A stretch of 64,000 nt of DNA from a virus. Under the pieces are notes generated by a model. It was not told the origin of the DNA and ran no database searches. It saw nothing but the letters and a program-made list of their open reading frames with translations. Position numbers and translations under genes: made by a program. Every line of letters begins with the position of its first letter. The first letter of the stretch is position 1. Of the stretch, positions 47,698 to 56,067 are shown in pieces. Location: positions 52,501 to 116,500 of IMG/VR virus record IMGVR_UViG_3300027782_000044; one strand, written 5' to 3'.

Positions 47698-49862
47698 TTG
47701 TTCCTCCTTATGACTGCCCCTGCAATTTGTGATACGATGATCACTGGGACAATTACTTCTTGCGCTTTTTCTCTCTGATCATCTGTCATGTCCATACCTA
47801 ATTCAGAGAAATTAGATAGTAGTTCTACTGGGTCCACCGCAAATACAGTTCCAAGCGGGTCTGCCAAGAATGCTTCTGCTTGCACTTCTGTTGTTGCATC
47901 TGCTAATGTAAATGGCATTGGGGTATCTCCTGCATCCACCGCTCTTTCTGCAAACTCAACAAATGCTTCTGCAACTGCAGGATCTGATTTCATTGCCTCT
48001 GCGACCTTTGCGACTTCTGCTGTAGAAATACCAAGGTCTGCTGCAACTTCAGCCTTTGCCTCTTGTGTTAAAGACTTAAGTGTTTGGCTAACTGCTGCTG
48101 TTTGCTCAACAGAAAGTTTAACTAATTTATTGTCCTTGCTTGTAAGGTTTGCTATAACTCCAGAAAGATCTTCTGAATTTCCTGTACCCTTTTGTGGGAT
48201 AAGTGCTGCCAATTCTGCATCCTTAATTACTGGATCAATATTTTCTGCTGGCTTGAAGTCTGGTCTTGGAAGTGGTTTAGGCTCTGGAGAAGGCTCAACA
48301 GGAGGCTCTGGAGAAGGCTCTGGCTTTGGTTCAGGACTTGGGGAAGGGGTAGGTTTAGGCTCTTCTGGCTTTGGCTTATCTGTTGGTTCTGGCTTTGGCT
48401 TATCGGTAGGCTCTGGCTTTGGCTTATCTGTTGGTTCTGGCTTAGGCTCAGGCTCTGTGGGCTTTGGACCTGGCTGTGTAGGCTTTGGTCCTGGTTCTTC
48501 TGTAGCAGTATTGTTAGTTGGCTTAGGCTCAGGCTTATCTGTTGGTGGGGGAGAAGGTTTTGGCTTTTCTGGTTCAGCAGTTGGCTTTGTGGAAGGTTCT
48601 GGTTTTGGTTGGTTTGCTGCAGCATTGGCTGCTGCTTGAGCAATTGCTCTTTGAATTTCTCTTTGTGATTGTTCATCATAGTAACGCCATGCGTCATCAA
48701 TGGCGCTATTCACATCAAGGACTGCGTTGTTAAAATTGGATATGGAATTATTTTTTTCAGATAAAGCGTCTTCTGTATCGTTAACAGCATTTTCATACTC
48801 AGATGTTTTATTGGTTAACTCCTGATTATATGAATTTAATGTTGCAACTTCTTGATTATATACATTTAGTTTATCATTATATTCCTGCTGTGCTGATTGC
48901 TTTGCACCTAGTGCTGCTTGATACTCAGCAGTCTGTGTTGCAGTTGGTCCAGATCCAGAAGAAAATGTGTTTAAATTACAACTAAAGTTTTGTCCCCACA
49001 CTCTTGGATTTCCAGCATAGTCACAACCTGCTCCAGTCCATCCTCCAGGAATTCCCCATCCAAGATGATAGGATCCTGGCCCTCCACCGTTGTACCACCA
49101 AATCTCTACATCAAAAACTTTATCGCTTGTTACATCATATACAGGAGAATAAGCACTCCAAGTTGTTCCTTGCTCCCGCCAATTATTAATCGCAAGTTCT
49201 CCATCAATGTACATTCTAAAACCATCATCTGTATATCCTGCAAAGTATGCCTGTGTAAACCATGAAGGAACTGTTATCTGTCCAGTAAATTTAACAATAA
49301 AATTCTGATACCGATTTCCACAAACTGGCAGTTGCATATAGTTTGAATTCCATGTACCACTACATAGCAATTGATCTGTGGCTGCTTGCCCATTAACTCT
49401 AATCAGGCTATAAACATCGTATTGTAGTCCTGCCACACCAGAATTATTTAAGGCTTGTTGGGCTGTTTGTAGATTAATGTTGGCTATACTAAGGGCATCG
49501 TAGGCATTATCTCTATGTTCAAGGGCTAGGGCTACTGTTGCTGTCTGTCCGTCTACATTTGACTGGGCAAGATCCATATCTTCTAAAGATATTTCTTCTG
49601 CATCTACTGCATCTTCGTAGGCTTCATAGGCAGCATCTCTAACATCCCGCAGATTTTTAGCATACATAAACTTATTTTCTGCTATGTCAATCATATTAAT
49701 TAGACCGTCTTTATAGTCTAGCTTATCTACGGCTGAATTTAAATTTTCAATCTTTTTTGCGGCTATTGTTAGGGGATCATCAGAATACGCGGGGGACATA
49801 AAAAGCCATCCAAATGCAAGCATTGTGGCTGCTGTTATTCTAAATAACTTATTCCTTGTCAA
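47694..49862 (-). CDS. Large secreted/membrane-anchored protein with PA14 domain and Pro-rich linker
   Basis: Signal peptide; FTGQI..TDDGFRMYIDG..WYNGGG (PA14); KPEP repeats; C-terminal hydrophobic anchor. Confidence 0.8.
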   Translation of the reverse strand: MTRNKLFRITAATMLAFGWLFMSPAYSDDPLTIAAKKIENLNSAVDKLDYKDGLINMIDIAENKFMYAKNLRDVRDAAYEAYEDAVDAEEISLEDMDLAQSNVDGQTATVALALEHRDNAYDALSIANINLQTAQQALNNSGVAGLQYDVYSLIRVNGQAATDQLLCSGTWNSNYMQLPVCGNRYQNFIVKFTGQITVPSWFTQAYFAGYTDDGFRMYIDGELAINNWREQGTTWSAYSPVYDVTSDKVFDVEIWWYNGGGPGSYHLGWGIPGGWTGAGCDYAGNPRVWGQNFSCNLNTFSSGSGPTATQTAEYQAALGAKQSAQQEYNDKLNVYNQEVATLNSYNQELTNKTSEYENAVNDTEDALSEKNNSISNFNNAVLDVNSAIDDAWRYYDEQSQREIQRAIAQAAANAAANQPKPEPSTKPTAEPEKPKPSPPPTDKPEPKPTNNTATEEPGPKPTQPGPKPTEPEPKPEPTDKPKPEPTDKPKPEPTDKPKPEEPKPTPSPSPEPKPEPSPEPPVEPSPEPKPLPRPDFKPAENIDPVIKDAELAALIPQKGTGNSEDLSGVIANLTSKDNKLVKLSVEQTAAVSQTLKSLTQEAKAEVAADLGISTAEVAKVAEAMKSDPAVAEAFVEFAERAVDAGDTPMPFTLADATTEVQAEAFLADPLGTVFAVDPVELLSNFSELGMDMTDDQREKAQEVIVPVIIVSQIAGAVIRRNK

Positions 49863-49912
49863 GTAGGGCCCCTAAGTAAACAATATGTTTACATAGTAAT
49901 TATACCACTTAG

Positions 49913-50101
49913 CTATTTAGGATTATCTGTTTTATAAAAGCCATTACCCTTAAATTGCACACCAACTGTAGTAAAAAATCGTGTCATTTTAGACTCACAT
50001 TCTACGCATGTATAACCAGGGTCATCTTCAGTCATTGATCTGTGTACTGACATTTTTGGATGTGCATCATCATATGAACATTTATATTCGTATACTGGCA
50101 T
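49913..50101 (-). CDS. FmdB-family zinc-ribbon protein
   Basis: MPVYEYKC...CVEC...FKGNGFYKTD. Confidence 0.85.
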   Translation of the reverse strand: MPVYEYKCSYDDAHPKMSVHRSMTEDDPGYTCVECESKMTRFFTTVGVQFKGNGFYKTDNPK

Positions 50102-50508
50102 TACTTACCGCTTTTTTTCCTCGCCTTAGCTAAGGCGTCAAAGTCTTTAATTTTTGTTTCTCCCATATAGCCCCATGCATGTCCGTCTTCAATCATCTTT
50201 TGATTAATAGATTTATCTGATCCGTCCAAGAAAACCCAACCTAAAATGCGACCATATTTTTCTGATGAGTCCATTTTTTCTGTTTTAATAACAACAGTTT
50301 TGGCTGAGTCAATTGCATTCTTAAGGTAAGCCTTTGCTTCAAGGCCTAGTGCCTTCTCCATCTTGTCTGCTGTGCGGCTTTCTGGAGTGTCTATCCCAGC
50401 CAATCGTACTCTTGAGCTAAACGATATATCAAACCCAAGATCGATATCAACATCAATTGTATCTCCGTCTACAACTTTACTTACTTTCTTTACATAATAT
50501 TCAAACAT
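50101..50508 (-). CDS. Thermonuclease (SNase) family nuclease
   Basis: VVDGDTID, VRLAGIDTPE and KYGRILG motifs. Confidence 0.9.
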   Translation of the reverse strand: MFEYYVKKVSKVVDGDTIDVDIDLGFDISFSSRVRLAGIDTPESRTADKMEKALGLEAKAYLKNAIDSAKTVVIKTEKMDSSEKYGRILGWVFLDGSDKSINQKMIEDGHAWGYMGETKIKDFDALAKARKKSGK

Positions 50509-50711
50509 TATTTTCTCCCCCATTTAATTTTATTCCAACCACGCTCATGGAAGTAATAAAGAATTGTTTTTGTAAATACCTCAAAACTTGCGATTGCTCC
50601 AGCCGTAACTGGCTCTTTGGTTATTGCCCAAGATATTACAAAGGTGTCTGCTGTACCAATGATACGCCAAGTAATTGCTTTTAATGCTGATCTTTGTTTA
50701 CTTACGTTCAT
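50508..50711 (-). CDS. DUF2061 membrane protein
   Basis: RSALKAITWRIIGTADT..YYFHERGW. Confidence 0.85.
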   Translation of the reverse strand: MNVSKQRSALKAITWRIIGTADTFVISWAITKEPVTAGAIASFEVFTKTILYYFHERGWNKIKWGRK

Positions 50712-50776
50712 CTTTATCCTCAGAAAAAAGTCTTTCTTCTGCTTCGTTCATTGCCTTTCCAGCATTTTCTAATTGT

Positions 50777-51538
50777 TTAAAGACCCATTTCCCTACGTTT
50801 TTCAGTTGCTGAAATAGCATGAATCGTTGCCCCCAAATCTACTTGTTCAATCTTGTATCCTACATCACGACCATACACAATGTTAGTAATGTTGGGTAGT
50901 CTTAATACTAATGCTCCATCCATAAATTCATCTTTAGCAATATACTCTTTAACCTGATCGAACTTAAGCGGATCTTTTTCACTTGTGTTGTATGTATTAC
51001 GGACTCCAAGCAGAACCTGATCTGTTCTTTTGCCCGCCTCTTTGTATAAAGCGTGGTGACCCTCATGCCATGGCTGGTATCTTCCAAGCATTAGAGTTGT
51101 TGGTGCAGACCAGTCATGCAGATTAAAATATTTAATTATTACAGTTGCTTTTTGTTCAGCAGATAGCCTATGATCTTCAAATGTTGAATCAAATTCTGTT
51201 GGTCGCTCAAACATTTTGTTTGTGTCTTCAAAGCGGCCCTCTTCAATTGTATCCATAAAAATAAGAATGTCTGGCTTTCCGAATGCTGCACGTGTAAGCT
51301 CTGTTGGGCAAACAAAATCAACAATGACTGGAGCAACACCTTGTTTAGATATCAATCTGGCCATCTCGCCCATGCGTCTTGCTTGCTCTAATCTATCTTC
51401 TGGTGTGAACCCTAGGTCGGAGTTTACTGTAGCACGAACCTCGTCTGCATTAAGATGAATAGCGTTAATTCTTTCTTTCAAAGCCTTTGCAAGTTCTGTT
51501 TTGCCAGATCCTGGTAGACCAATTATTTGTATAATCAT
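50777..51538 (-). CDS. cysC: Adenylyl-sulfate kinase fused to an HxGH nucleotidyltransferase domain
   Basis: GLPGSGKT, ADEVR...DLGFT.EDR and FERP; C-terminal GRYQPWHEGH and ISATEKR. Confidence 0.8.
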   Translation of the reverse strand: MIIQIIGLPGSGKTELAKALKERINAIHLNADEVRATVNSDLGFTPEDRLEQARRMGEMARLISKQGVAPVIVDFVCPTELTRAAFGKPDILIFMDTIEEGRFEDTNKMFERPTEFDSTFEDHRLSAEQKATVIIKYFNLHDWSAPTTLMLGRYQPWHEGHHALYKEAGKRTDQVLLGVRNTYNTSEKDPLKFDQVKEYIAKDEFMDGALVLRLPNITNIVYGRDVGYKIEQVDLGATIHAISATEKRREMGL

Positions 51539-51557
51539 GGTGTTCCTTTCCACTAAA

Positions 51558-52196
51558 CTATAGTACCATAGGGCTGGGAGCATAGTCAAACTTATTTATT
51601 TCCCAAGACCAGTCTTTATATATCTCTTCAATATGTCTTGGTTTAAAAATATCTACGGGCTTAATGTCTTTAGGCTTGTACATTTTTTCTTTGGCATTAA
51701 TTACTATTGAGTCTATGCCCACATCATTTAATGTCTTGTTAATTTGATCTAGGCCATTCTCATACTTATATACATTTTTTGCCATCACTACGTCATCTTT
51801 TGCATATATATTCCTTGACTTGTGGCTAGTAATCTTATTTAGTATAGTCTTATTACTAAAGTATTTATCTACATCTGATTCAGATGGACTATCTATACCG
51901 CTCCAAGAAAATGACATATACATATGAGATAAAACTACATCGAATGGGTTTCTTACAAAAACAACGGACTCCGCTTTATCAAGAACCTCCTTGCCCAACA
52001 GACCCTCAAGCTCAATGTAAGTGATATGATTATGAAAGTTATTAAAGTTCCTTGGCTTATGCAATAAATTTTCTGGATAAATTGGTGTAACAATTGCAGA
52101 ATCATCTAAAACTTGTGATAGCTCAACCTCTAGGGATGTGCTACCAACTTTATAATTTTTTAATAGCAAAAAGTTATGCTTTGCTGAATAGATCAT
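51558..52196 (-). CDS. Sulfotransferase family 2-like protein
   Basis: KNYKVGSTS and FVRNPFDVVLS. Confidence 0.75.
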   Translation of the reverse strand: MIYSAKHNFLLLKNYKVGSTSLEVELSQVLDDSAIVTPIYPENLLHKPRNFNNFHNHITYIELEGLLGKEVLDKAESVVFVRNPFDVVLSHMYMSFSWSGIDSPSESDVDKYFSNKTILNKITSHKSRNIYAKDDVVMAKNVYKYENGLDQINKTLNDVGIDSIVINAKEKMYKPKDIKPVDIFKPRHIEEIYKDWSWEINKFDYAPSPMVL

Positions 52197-52753
52197 TTAA
52201 TAAACTTGTTAGGCAATATATCTAGCAAAAGATGAATTCGCTCTGTGCTTCCATTGTTTTCTACGCTATGCAGGAGGCTGTTATTTATTTCCCAACATTC
52301 TCCCACCTTCATGTTTTTGCTTTCTTTATTAACAAAGAAAAGTACATCTTCATTTGTTGTTATTGGAATGTGGTGCCTTCTAACTGCCCCCAAATAGTCC
52401 ATTTTATCCGTATGCTCTCCAACATTTTTATTTCCAGGAAGCTTAATAAAAAGACATTTGCCAACCCTACCATCATGAATTAACTCAAGACTTTTAACAA
52501 TTGGAGAAACAAGATCAATCATAACTGACTGACTATCATTTATTTTTAAAGCATATTTATTGCCGAGGAACCAGTTAGTTGTATGGTCATAAATAAATAT
52601 AGAGTTGGTTTCTTTATGCACTTCGTATGACATTTGTCTTTCTTTGTCTACAAACCACTCATCGGAATATTGCAATATGTGATCTGATATTTTTGATACG
52701 TCGAACTTCCCGTGAAACTTATAGTTAAATGGCTCATCTATTTTGCTAATCAT
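52193..52753 (-). CDS. Aspartyl/asparaginyl beta-hydroxylase family oxygenase
   Basis: HTD..RRHHIPITTN..GECWEINN..HSVEN..RIHLLLD. Confidence 0.85.
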   Translation of the reverse strand: MISKIDEPFNYKFHGKFDVSKISDHILQYSDEWFVDKERQMSYEVHKETNSIFIYDHTTNWFLGNKYALKINDSQSVMIDLVSPIVKSLELIHDGRVGKCLFIKLPGNKNVGEHTDKMDYLGAVRRHHIPITTNEDVLFFVNKESKNMKVGECWEINNSLLHSVENNGSTERIHLLLDILPNKFIK

Positions 52754-53802
52754 CTATGACCAGACTCTAAGCTAGACATTGATGAAACCTCAATGTAGGT
52801 AGAATTTTGTCTAAAGTCTAATAGGTTTTCTGATCCAGAGTAAGATAAAGCGCTCTTTAAGTTGTTCAAAAGCATATTCAAAGAGTACTCTACTGGGCCT
52901 TTTGGGCTAACAAAGCCTGAAACTCCTTCAACATATACATTTTTTAAATCTTTAACTATGTCTGGGTTATTATCTCTTTGAACCTCCATTGAAGCAGAAC
53001 CTCTAAATACATGCCTACCGTCTTTGTCAGTATCACATTCATCATGACCAGAGAAAAAGGATCCCATCATTACAGCAGAAGCACCAGCAGCCAGAGCTTT
53101 TGCAACATCTCCGTTGTTCTTAATACCTCCATCAGATATTATTCCATTTACATTTTTTATATCAATTCCATCATAAACATCCATAACAGATGCAAGGACT
53201 GGGACCCCGAATCCTGTAACAACTCTAGTTGTGCATGCTGCACCACCGCCTATGCCGACTCTTACTGAATCTGCACCAGCATCCATTAAGCTTTTATAAG
53301 CCTCATAGGAAGAAACATTTCCAACCATAATGTGCACATCAGAATCTACTGTGCTTCTAAGCTCTCTTACTGCGTCAACAACAATTTGTAAATGCCCAAA
53401 CGCAACCTCCAAAAGCAATACTGTTACTCCAAGATCCTTTAAGTCTTTAATGCATCTTGCATCCCTAGACTCTTCAATAGATATGGCAAAGCCAATTAAA
53501 TTTTTATCGACATTTGCAGGGATTGTCTTTAGCCTATTAATTCTTTCTTCAAAGTTAGCGTACCTTGGCAGGATTGCCATTCCGCCAAATGATGTGACCT
53601 TTTCTATCATAGAGTTACTTGTAATAAAATCCATAGGAGCCATAATTATAGGGGCTTTTAAATTAATAAAAGCTTCTGGTCTAATTGGATTTCCAATTAC
53701 AGTATCTAATTTTATAGCACCTCTTGTTATTATGTTAGACTTTTGAGGTACAAGAAGTATGTCATCAAAGCATACTGATCTAGTGTTTGTATCTTTTCTC
53801 AT
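52750..53802 (-). CDS. IMP dehydrogenase/GMP reductase family protein (no CBS domains)
   Basis: FDDILLVP, APMD, GIGGGAACTTR, SDGGI and EGVSG motifs. Confidence 0.9.
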   Translation of the reverse strand: MRKDTNTRSVCFDDILLVPQKSNIITRGAIKLDTVIGNPIRPEAFINLKAPIIMAPMDFITSNSMIEKVTSFGGMAILPRYANFEERINRLKTIPANVDKNLIGFAISIEESRDARCIKDLKDLGVTVLLLEVAFGHLQIVVDAVRELRSTVDSDVHIMVGNVSSYEAYKSLMDAGADSVRVGIGGGAACTTRVVTGFGVPVLASVMDVYDGIDIKNVNGIISDGGIKNNGDVAKALAAGASAVMMGSFFSGHDECDTDKDGRHVFRGSASMEVQRDNNPDIVKDLKNVYVEGVSGFVSPKGPVEYSLNMLLNNLKSALSYSGSENLLDFRQNSTYIEVSSMSSLESGHR

Positions 53803-54065
53803 TCATCCTCCTTCAACTCATGTCTTTTATTAAACTTTATCCATGATCCATAATGAATATTGATAGATGGAGATAGGCCATTTTTTATTGCTGTTAAAAT
53901 ATCTAGATTAGGATTTTCTATATCCCTGGTTGCTAGATATTCTTGGCCAGTCTCCATGTCTATCAATTTCCATTTGTTAGGACACTTGGTATATATTGTA
54001 ACAGTTATAGGGTAATCATATTCTTTAGCAGAAGTTCCGTCTAATAGTTTTCTATATTTCCCCAC
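53799..54065 (-). CDS. Small protein, TKCPxKWxLxDxETGQ family (paralog 2)
   Basis: YTKCPNKWKLIDMETGQEY. Confidence 0.65.
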   Translation of the reverse strand: MGKYRKLLDGTSAKEYDYPITVTIYTKCPNKWKLIDMETGQEYLATRDIENPNLDILTAIKNGLSPSINIHYGSWIKFNKRHELKEDE

Positions 54066-54076
54066 ACTGTCCCCTT

Positions 54077-54589
54077 TTAAGCAGACAATATTTTTGACAA
54101 AGCATTGATGGTTGCTGCAATTCTTCCGATATCACGCAATTGCTCAACACTGTACCCCTCTTGCTTCAATGTTTCATAATGTGCTTTAACACAAAAATGA
54201 CACTTTCCAATTATGGAAGAAGCCAGTGAGTATGCTTCGAACTTAGCCTTTGTGGTTCCACCGTGAGATGAAATGGCATTCATTCTCAATTGTGCTGGCA
54301 GCCCTTTAAGATTAGCATCGTCTGCCATCTCTATAAAGGGATACCACACATTGTTTTGAGCCATGATAGATCCAGCAGAAAGAGCAGCATTTTTTTCAAC
54401 TTCATTTGTTGCGCTTGCTACAATAAAAGAAAGTAGTTTTGCGTTCCCTGTAGCAAAAGCTGCTGCGATTGCAATATATGTTGCATCATCAGGATCAATA
54501 GTAGACCTATTAATAACGGCATCCAGATTTAACTTTATATCTTTTGCATAATCTGGAATTGATTCTTTAAGCTGTTCTACCCATGTCAT
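54077..54589 (-). CDS. ahpD: Alkyl hydroperoxide reductase AhpD
   Basis: IPDYAKDIKLNL, MAQNNVWY, LRMN and CHFCVKAH. Confidence 0.9.
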   Translation of the reverse strand: MTWVEQLKESIPDYAKDIKLNLDAVINRSTIDPDDATYIAIAAAFATGNAKLLSFIVASATNEVEKNAALSAGSIMAQNNVWYPFIEMADDANLKGLPAQLRMNAISSHGGTTKAKFEAYSLASSIIGKCHFCVKAHYETLKQEGYSVEQLRDIGRIAATINALSKILSA

Positions 54590-55125
54590 TATAGAGTTTC
54601 TCCTCCGAGTGGTCTGTTGCAAGCACATAGCTCACCAGTTTGTAGTGCATCCAAAACACGTAAAGCTTCATCTGCATTACGTCCAACATCTAGGTTATTG
54701 CATGTGACATGCTGGATAACATTATCTGGATCGATAATAAATGTTGCACGATATGTTACGCCAGATGGATGGTGCACACCGAGATCGTTTGCTAGTGCAT
54801 GTGATGTGTCTGCAAATGACCATGAGTTTGTCTTCTTTAAATCTTCATGAGCATTTCGCCATGCGACCTTACAGAATTCATTATCTACAGATCCAGTTAA
54901 CAAAACAGTGTCTCTGTCATTAAAATCATTTACTAATGCATCATACGCAACAATTTCGGTTGGGCATACAAAAGTAAAGTCTTTTGGATAAAACGCAATA
55001 ATTTTCCATTTGCCTGGAAAAGAATCTTGTGTAATTACTTCAAATGAGGAATCATCATATGACAATGCCCCAGGTTTAACTCCAGTAACAGCAAAGTTAC
55101 CTATCTTATCTCCTACAGTTTTCAT
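54589..55125 (-). CDS. ahpC: Peroxiredoxin AhpC
   Basis: FYPKDFTFVCPTEI, GRNADE and ELCAC (actinobacterial type). Confidence 0.95.
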   Translation of the reverse strand: MKTVGDKIGNFAVTGVKPGALSYDDSSFEVITQDSFPGKWKIIAFYPKDFTFVCPTEIVAYDALVNDFNDRDTVLLTGSVDNEFCKVAWRNAHEDLKKTNSWSFADTSHALANDLGVHHPSGVTYRATFIIDPDNVIQHVTCNNLDVGRNADEALRVLDALQTGELCACNRPLGGETL

Positions 55126-55158
55126 TTATTCTCCTTATATAAGTTGGATATTCATCCG

Positions 55159-55231
55159 CTGGGGGTATAGGACTCGAACCTATGGCCTAGAAGTTAACAG
55201 CTTCCCGCTCTGCCGACTGAGCTAACCCCCA
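55159..55231 (-). tRNA. tRNA-Asn (GUU)
   Basis: Cloverleaf; GGAAG-CTGTTAA-CTTCT anticodon arm. Confidence 0.9.
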
Positions 55232-55234
55232 TTG

Positions 55235-55307
55235 TGTCCCCAGATGGTTTCGAACCATCGACCCGCAGATTAAAAGTCTGCTGCTCTACCAACTGAGCTA
55301 TAGGAAC
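55235..55307 (-). tRNA. tRNA-Lys (UUU)
   Basis: GCAGA-CTTTTAA-TCTGC anticodon arm. Confidence 0.9.
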
Positions 55308-55315
55308 ATTTCAAG

Positions 55316-55387
55316 CACCCCTGGCTGGATTCGAACCAGCGGCCAACAGATTAGAAGTCTGTTGCTCTTCCTCTGAGCTACAGAGGT
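55316..55387 (-). tRNA. tRNA-Arg (UCU)
   Basis: ACAGA-CTTCTAA-TCTGT anticodon arm. Confidence 0.9.
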
Positions 55388-55390
55388 ATA

Positions 55391-55723
55391 TTAAATATCA
55401 AAGTCTTCAATGTTATCTAACGGAACGATTCCTTTTCTTTTAGCAATTTCGTATCCCTCTAGCGTAAAATTAAATGTAGCATTTAGATTTTCATCATATT
55501 CTACCTGCATTAAATCATTATCCATTAAGTCAAGCAGCTCTGCATCTATGTATTGCTCGTGAGCTTCCCATAGATCTGGAGCTAATTCCCGTGTTCTTTC
55601 TTCATTCAACTCAAAAATTGCTTCCCCGTCTGAGGTAAATCCAGCAATTCTTATTGCACCTATATCTAAATAATGTTGAATTTTATCCATTATTTCTTCT
55701 TCATCATCAAACTCATCGAACAT
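55391..55723 (-). CDS. Acidic hypothetical protein
   Basis: GGGGG RBS; ORF between tRNAs. Confidence 0.7.
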   Translation of the reverse strand: MFDEFDDEEEIMDKIQHYLDIGAIRIAGFTSDGEAIFELNEERTRELAPDLWEAHEQYIDAELLDLMDNDLMQVEYDENLNATFNFTLEGYEIAKRKGIVPLDNIEDFDI

Positions 55724-55735
55724 ATTTCCCCCTTG

Positions 55736-55809
55736 TGCAACAGGTAGGACTTGAACCTACGATTACCGAATTATGAGTTCGGGGCTTTAACCAACTAAGC
55801 TACTGTTGC
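55736..55809 (-). tRNA. tRNA with CAU anticodon (elongator Met or Ile2)
   Basis: CCGAA-CTCATAA-TTCGG; paired 1:72 and no run of three G-C pairs in the anticodon stem, so not an initiator. Confidence 0.85.
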
Positions 55810-55818
55810 CTAGTTGAA

Positions 55819-56067
55819 TTATAGTATTTTACTATCAGTTTTGTCAATAGATTGCTCAACTATTTGCTGAACATACTCTGAAAAGTGCTTTCTAATACTT
55901 CCTGGTGGCCTGTGACCTATATCAGACCATACTCTTTTATATTCATGGATGTTGTCAAACGTTGTTGGGCAGACTAGAACTCCACCATATTCTTTTAGCC
56001 TTGTTGGAAGAGGTACGTGCTTACTGCAACACTTACACTCTTTAGCTTTTTCTTGATATATGCTCAT
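55819..56067 (-). CDS. Cys-containing hypothetical protein
   Basis: CKCCSKHVPLP..CPTT. Confidence 0.6.
   Translation of the reverse strand: MSIYQEKAKECKCCSKHVPLPTRLKEYGGVLVCPTTFDNIHEYKRVWSDIGHRPPGSIRKHFSEYVQQIVEQSIDKTDSKIL

Noticed and set aside
47788-48733. Several long overlapping ORFs across the Pro-rich linker
   Set aside because: Artefacts of the repetitive KPEP coding sequence.
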